Origin: Verrucomicrobiota bacterium
Lineage (GTDB): Bacteria; Verrucomicrobiota; Verrucomicrobiia; Verrucomicrobiales; DEV007
DNA: 39,236 bases
Reading direction: 5' to 3'
Assembly: GCA_045046875.1 (NCBI GenBank)
Contig: JASFYY010000069.1
Coordinates: forward strand, 1-39,236
Shown: positions 37,457-39,236 of the stretch, in pieces
Position numbering within the stretch: position 1 is the stretch's first letter
Layout: each line of letters starts with the position of its first letter
The notes under the pieces: generated by a model
Databases searched by the model: none
Told to the model about the DNA's origin: nothing
The model's input: the letters and a program-made list of their open reading frames with translations, nothing else
Program-made: the position numbers and the translations under genes

Positions 37457-37496
37457 TCGATTATAAGTTAGCTTCCATTCTTTCATCTCACATCAA

Positions 37497-38927
37497 ATGA
37501 ACTCTTCCCGTCGACATTTCCTCTCGCAAAACGCCCTGGGCATATCCTCACTTGCTCTGGCCAGTCTGCTCAAGGATGATGGTTTGCTGGCAGCCACCAA
37601 TAAACCCAACCTGGCGCCACAAACTTTTGATCTATCCGCCAAGGATCCGCAAAAGGAACCCCAGGCCAAAGCGATGATCTCGATGTTCATGGGCGGCGGC
37701 CCCAGCCACCTGGAATTGCTCGACCCCAAACCGATGCTGGACAAATACGCCGGCAAACCCTTTCCCAACGCTAAAAAACTCAAGTTCGATAATGTCGGCG
37801 GGGCGAGCCCCATCATCATGCCTTCGGCCTACGCTTTTGAAAAATGCGGCCAGTCCGGCACCGAGATATCCGAGCTGCTGCCCGAACTCAAAACCATCAG
37901 CGATGACATCACCGTCATCCGCTCAATGACCCTACCCAACATCCGCAACCACGTCGCCGGCATGCGCGCCCTTACCACTGGACGCGGACAAGCCGGCTAC
38001 CCCTCCCTGGGCAGCTGGCTCACTTACGGACTCGGTTCCGAGACCGACAATCTGCCCTCCTTTGTCGCCCTCATCGTCGGCGGCAACCCTCCCGGTTCCC
38101 CCTTCTGGGACTCAGTGCAACTGCCGTCGATCTATCAGGGAACCGTGGTGCGCGAGCAGACCCCGCGTATCATGAACCTGACTCCACCTGCGCATCTGAA
38201 AGGTTCGGCACAGCAAGAACAACTCGCCACCTTGGAAAAACTCAATCAACTCGATCTCAAAAACTACCCCGGCGAGAATGATCTGGCAGCGCGCATCGCC
38301 TCTTATGAATTGGCTGCCAAAATGCAGACTTCCGCCACCGACGCGCTCGACCTGACCAAGGAAACGGCCGCCACCCGCAAACTTTACGGCCTCGATGACA
38401 AAAATACCAAGCAGCTCGCCGAAGCCTGCATCATCGCCCGTCGGCTGGTCGAACGCGGCGTGCGGTTTGTCCAGATCTGGAACTACGTCTGGGACATGCA
38501 CTCCGACATCACCGCCGCCATCAAAACCCGCACCGCACGGGTTGACCAGCCCTGTGCTGCGCTGGTCAAGGATCTCAAATCACGCGGCATGCTCGATTCC
38601 ACCATCGTCCAGTGGGGGGGTGAAATGGGACGTCTTCCGGTCATTCAATACCGAGGCCCCGGCAAGCCCCCAGGTCGTGATCACAATACCGAAGGTTTTT
38701 CCATCTGGATGGCCGGCGGCGGCATCAAAGGCGGACACGTGCACGGAGCCACTGATGAATTTGGCCACCGCGCCGTCGATCGCCCCGTCACCCAACACGA
38801 CTTCCACGCCACCATCCTCAAACAATTCGGCCTCGACCAGAACAAACTCAACTACAAACAAAATGCCCTGCCCATCTCGCTAGTGGAAATGGAAAAAGGC
38901 AAAGCGGTGGAGGATATTTTAAGCTAA
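37497..38927 (+). CDS. DUF1501 family protein with twin-arginine-like leader, copy 2
   Basis: MNSSRRHFL; same motifs as, and close similarity to, 26784-28214. Confidence 0.92.
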   Translation: MNSSRRHFLSQNALGISSLALASLLKDDGLLAATNKPNLAPQTFDLSAKDPQKEPQAKAMISMFMGGGPSHLELLDPKPMLDKYAGKPFPNAKKLKFDNVGGASPIIMPSAYAFEKCGQSGTEISELLPELKTISDDITVIRSMTLPNIRNHVAGMRALTTGRGQAGYPSLGSWLTYGLGSETDNLPSFVALIVGGNPPGSPFWDSVQLPSIYQGTVVREQTPRIMNLTPPAHLKGSAQQEQLATLEKLNQLDLKNYPGENDLAARIASYELAAKMQTSATDALDLTKETAATRKLYGLDDKNTKQLAEACIIARRLVERGVRFVQIWNYVWDMHSDITAAIKTRTARVDQPCAALVKDLKSRGMLDSTIVQWGGEMGRLPVIQYRGPGKPPGRDHNTEGFSIWMAGGGIKGGHVHGATDEFGHRAVDRPVTQHDFHATILKQFGLDQNKLNYKQNALPISLVEMEKGKAVEDILS

Positions 38928-39092
38928 GCGCAGAGCACGGCGTTTTTTTGCAAAAGAGAATCAATCTGAGGTGAAAACACTGTTGAGCGAGAACTAATGA
39001 ACCGCGAGAAGAATGTCTCACGCAGAGCCGCAGAGATGAGTCAGAAAGATTTAAGTAGCTATTCAGGTCTGCAGGGCATTTTAAAAGAGTTT

Positions 39093-39236
39093 AACCGCGG
39101 ATAACACGGATGCACGCGGATAAGAAAAGACAATTCAAGTATTTAACGAGTATCGTTCTATCTTAAGCTATGTGATTTCAGATAAAACGATCTTTTCGAA
39201 GTATCCCATCCGCGCCCATCCGCGCCCATCCGCGCC
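39093..39236. repeat. Inverted array of 9-10-bp units (CGCGGAT / ATCCGCG) around an AT-rich spacer; runs to the window end
   Basis: AACCGCGGAT-AACACGGAT-GCACGCGGAT (39093-39121) faces three ATCCGCGCCC units from 39208 (the last truncated at the window end). Confidence 0.75.

Noticed and set aside
24076..38927. Diversity-generating retroelement or assembly duplication as the explanation for the paralogs
   Set aside because: No reverse transcriptase; differences include all bases, synonymous changes and indels along the full length, as in an ordinary older duplication.
38926..38949. Possible intrinsic terminator after DUF1501 copy 2
   Set aside because: T-tract present but the stem is short and weak.
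39093..39236. CRISPR array
   Set aside because: Units are 9-10 bp, tandem and inverted, without unique 30-40-bp spacers; no cas genes.

Overview
Bacterial chromosomal window, most likely Verrucomicrobiota (PVC superphylum; inferred from a Minf_1886-family gene, PSD/PSCyt-DUF1501/DUF1552 genes and the kdsA-lptCAB-hpf-hprK-ptsH-ptsI gene order). The left ~23.6 kb is mostly core: a GldA/F/G-like ABC operon with a DUF4340-type gene, an AT-rich fused membrane/spermidine-synthase-like gene, a UbiE/MenG methyltransferase, tRNA-Leu(CAG), an LPS-export/HPF/regulatory-PTS operon ending in a major-royal-jelly-family gene, an M16 protease, Minf_1886 and a TPR protein. The right ~15 kb is accessory. It holds three 'Sec-exported diheme c protein + twin-arginine partner' pairs (PSD1+DUF1501, DUF1592+DUF1552, and a second paralogous PSD1+DUF1501). 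Both PSD1 operons share an identically spaced ECF-sigma-like promoter (TCGAACAA-N13-CGGTCRAA). An AT-rich islet between them encodes an exported beta-carbonic anhydrase, a small membrane protein ending in CGGCH, and a 65-aa protein ending in an SSB-tail-like DDSIPF. Several families of short non-coding repeats are scattered through the window. No CRISPR array, rRNA, transposase or integrase was seen. Family assignments come from motif recognition by eye, not database searches.
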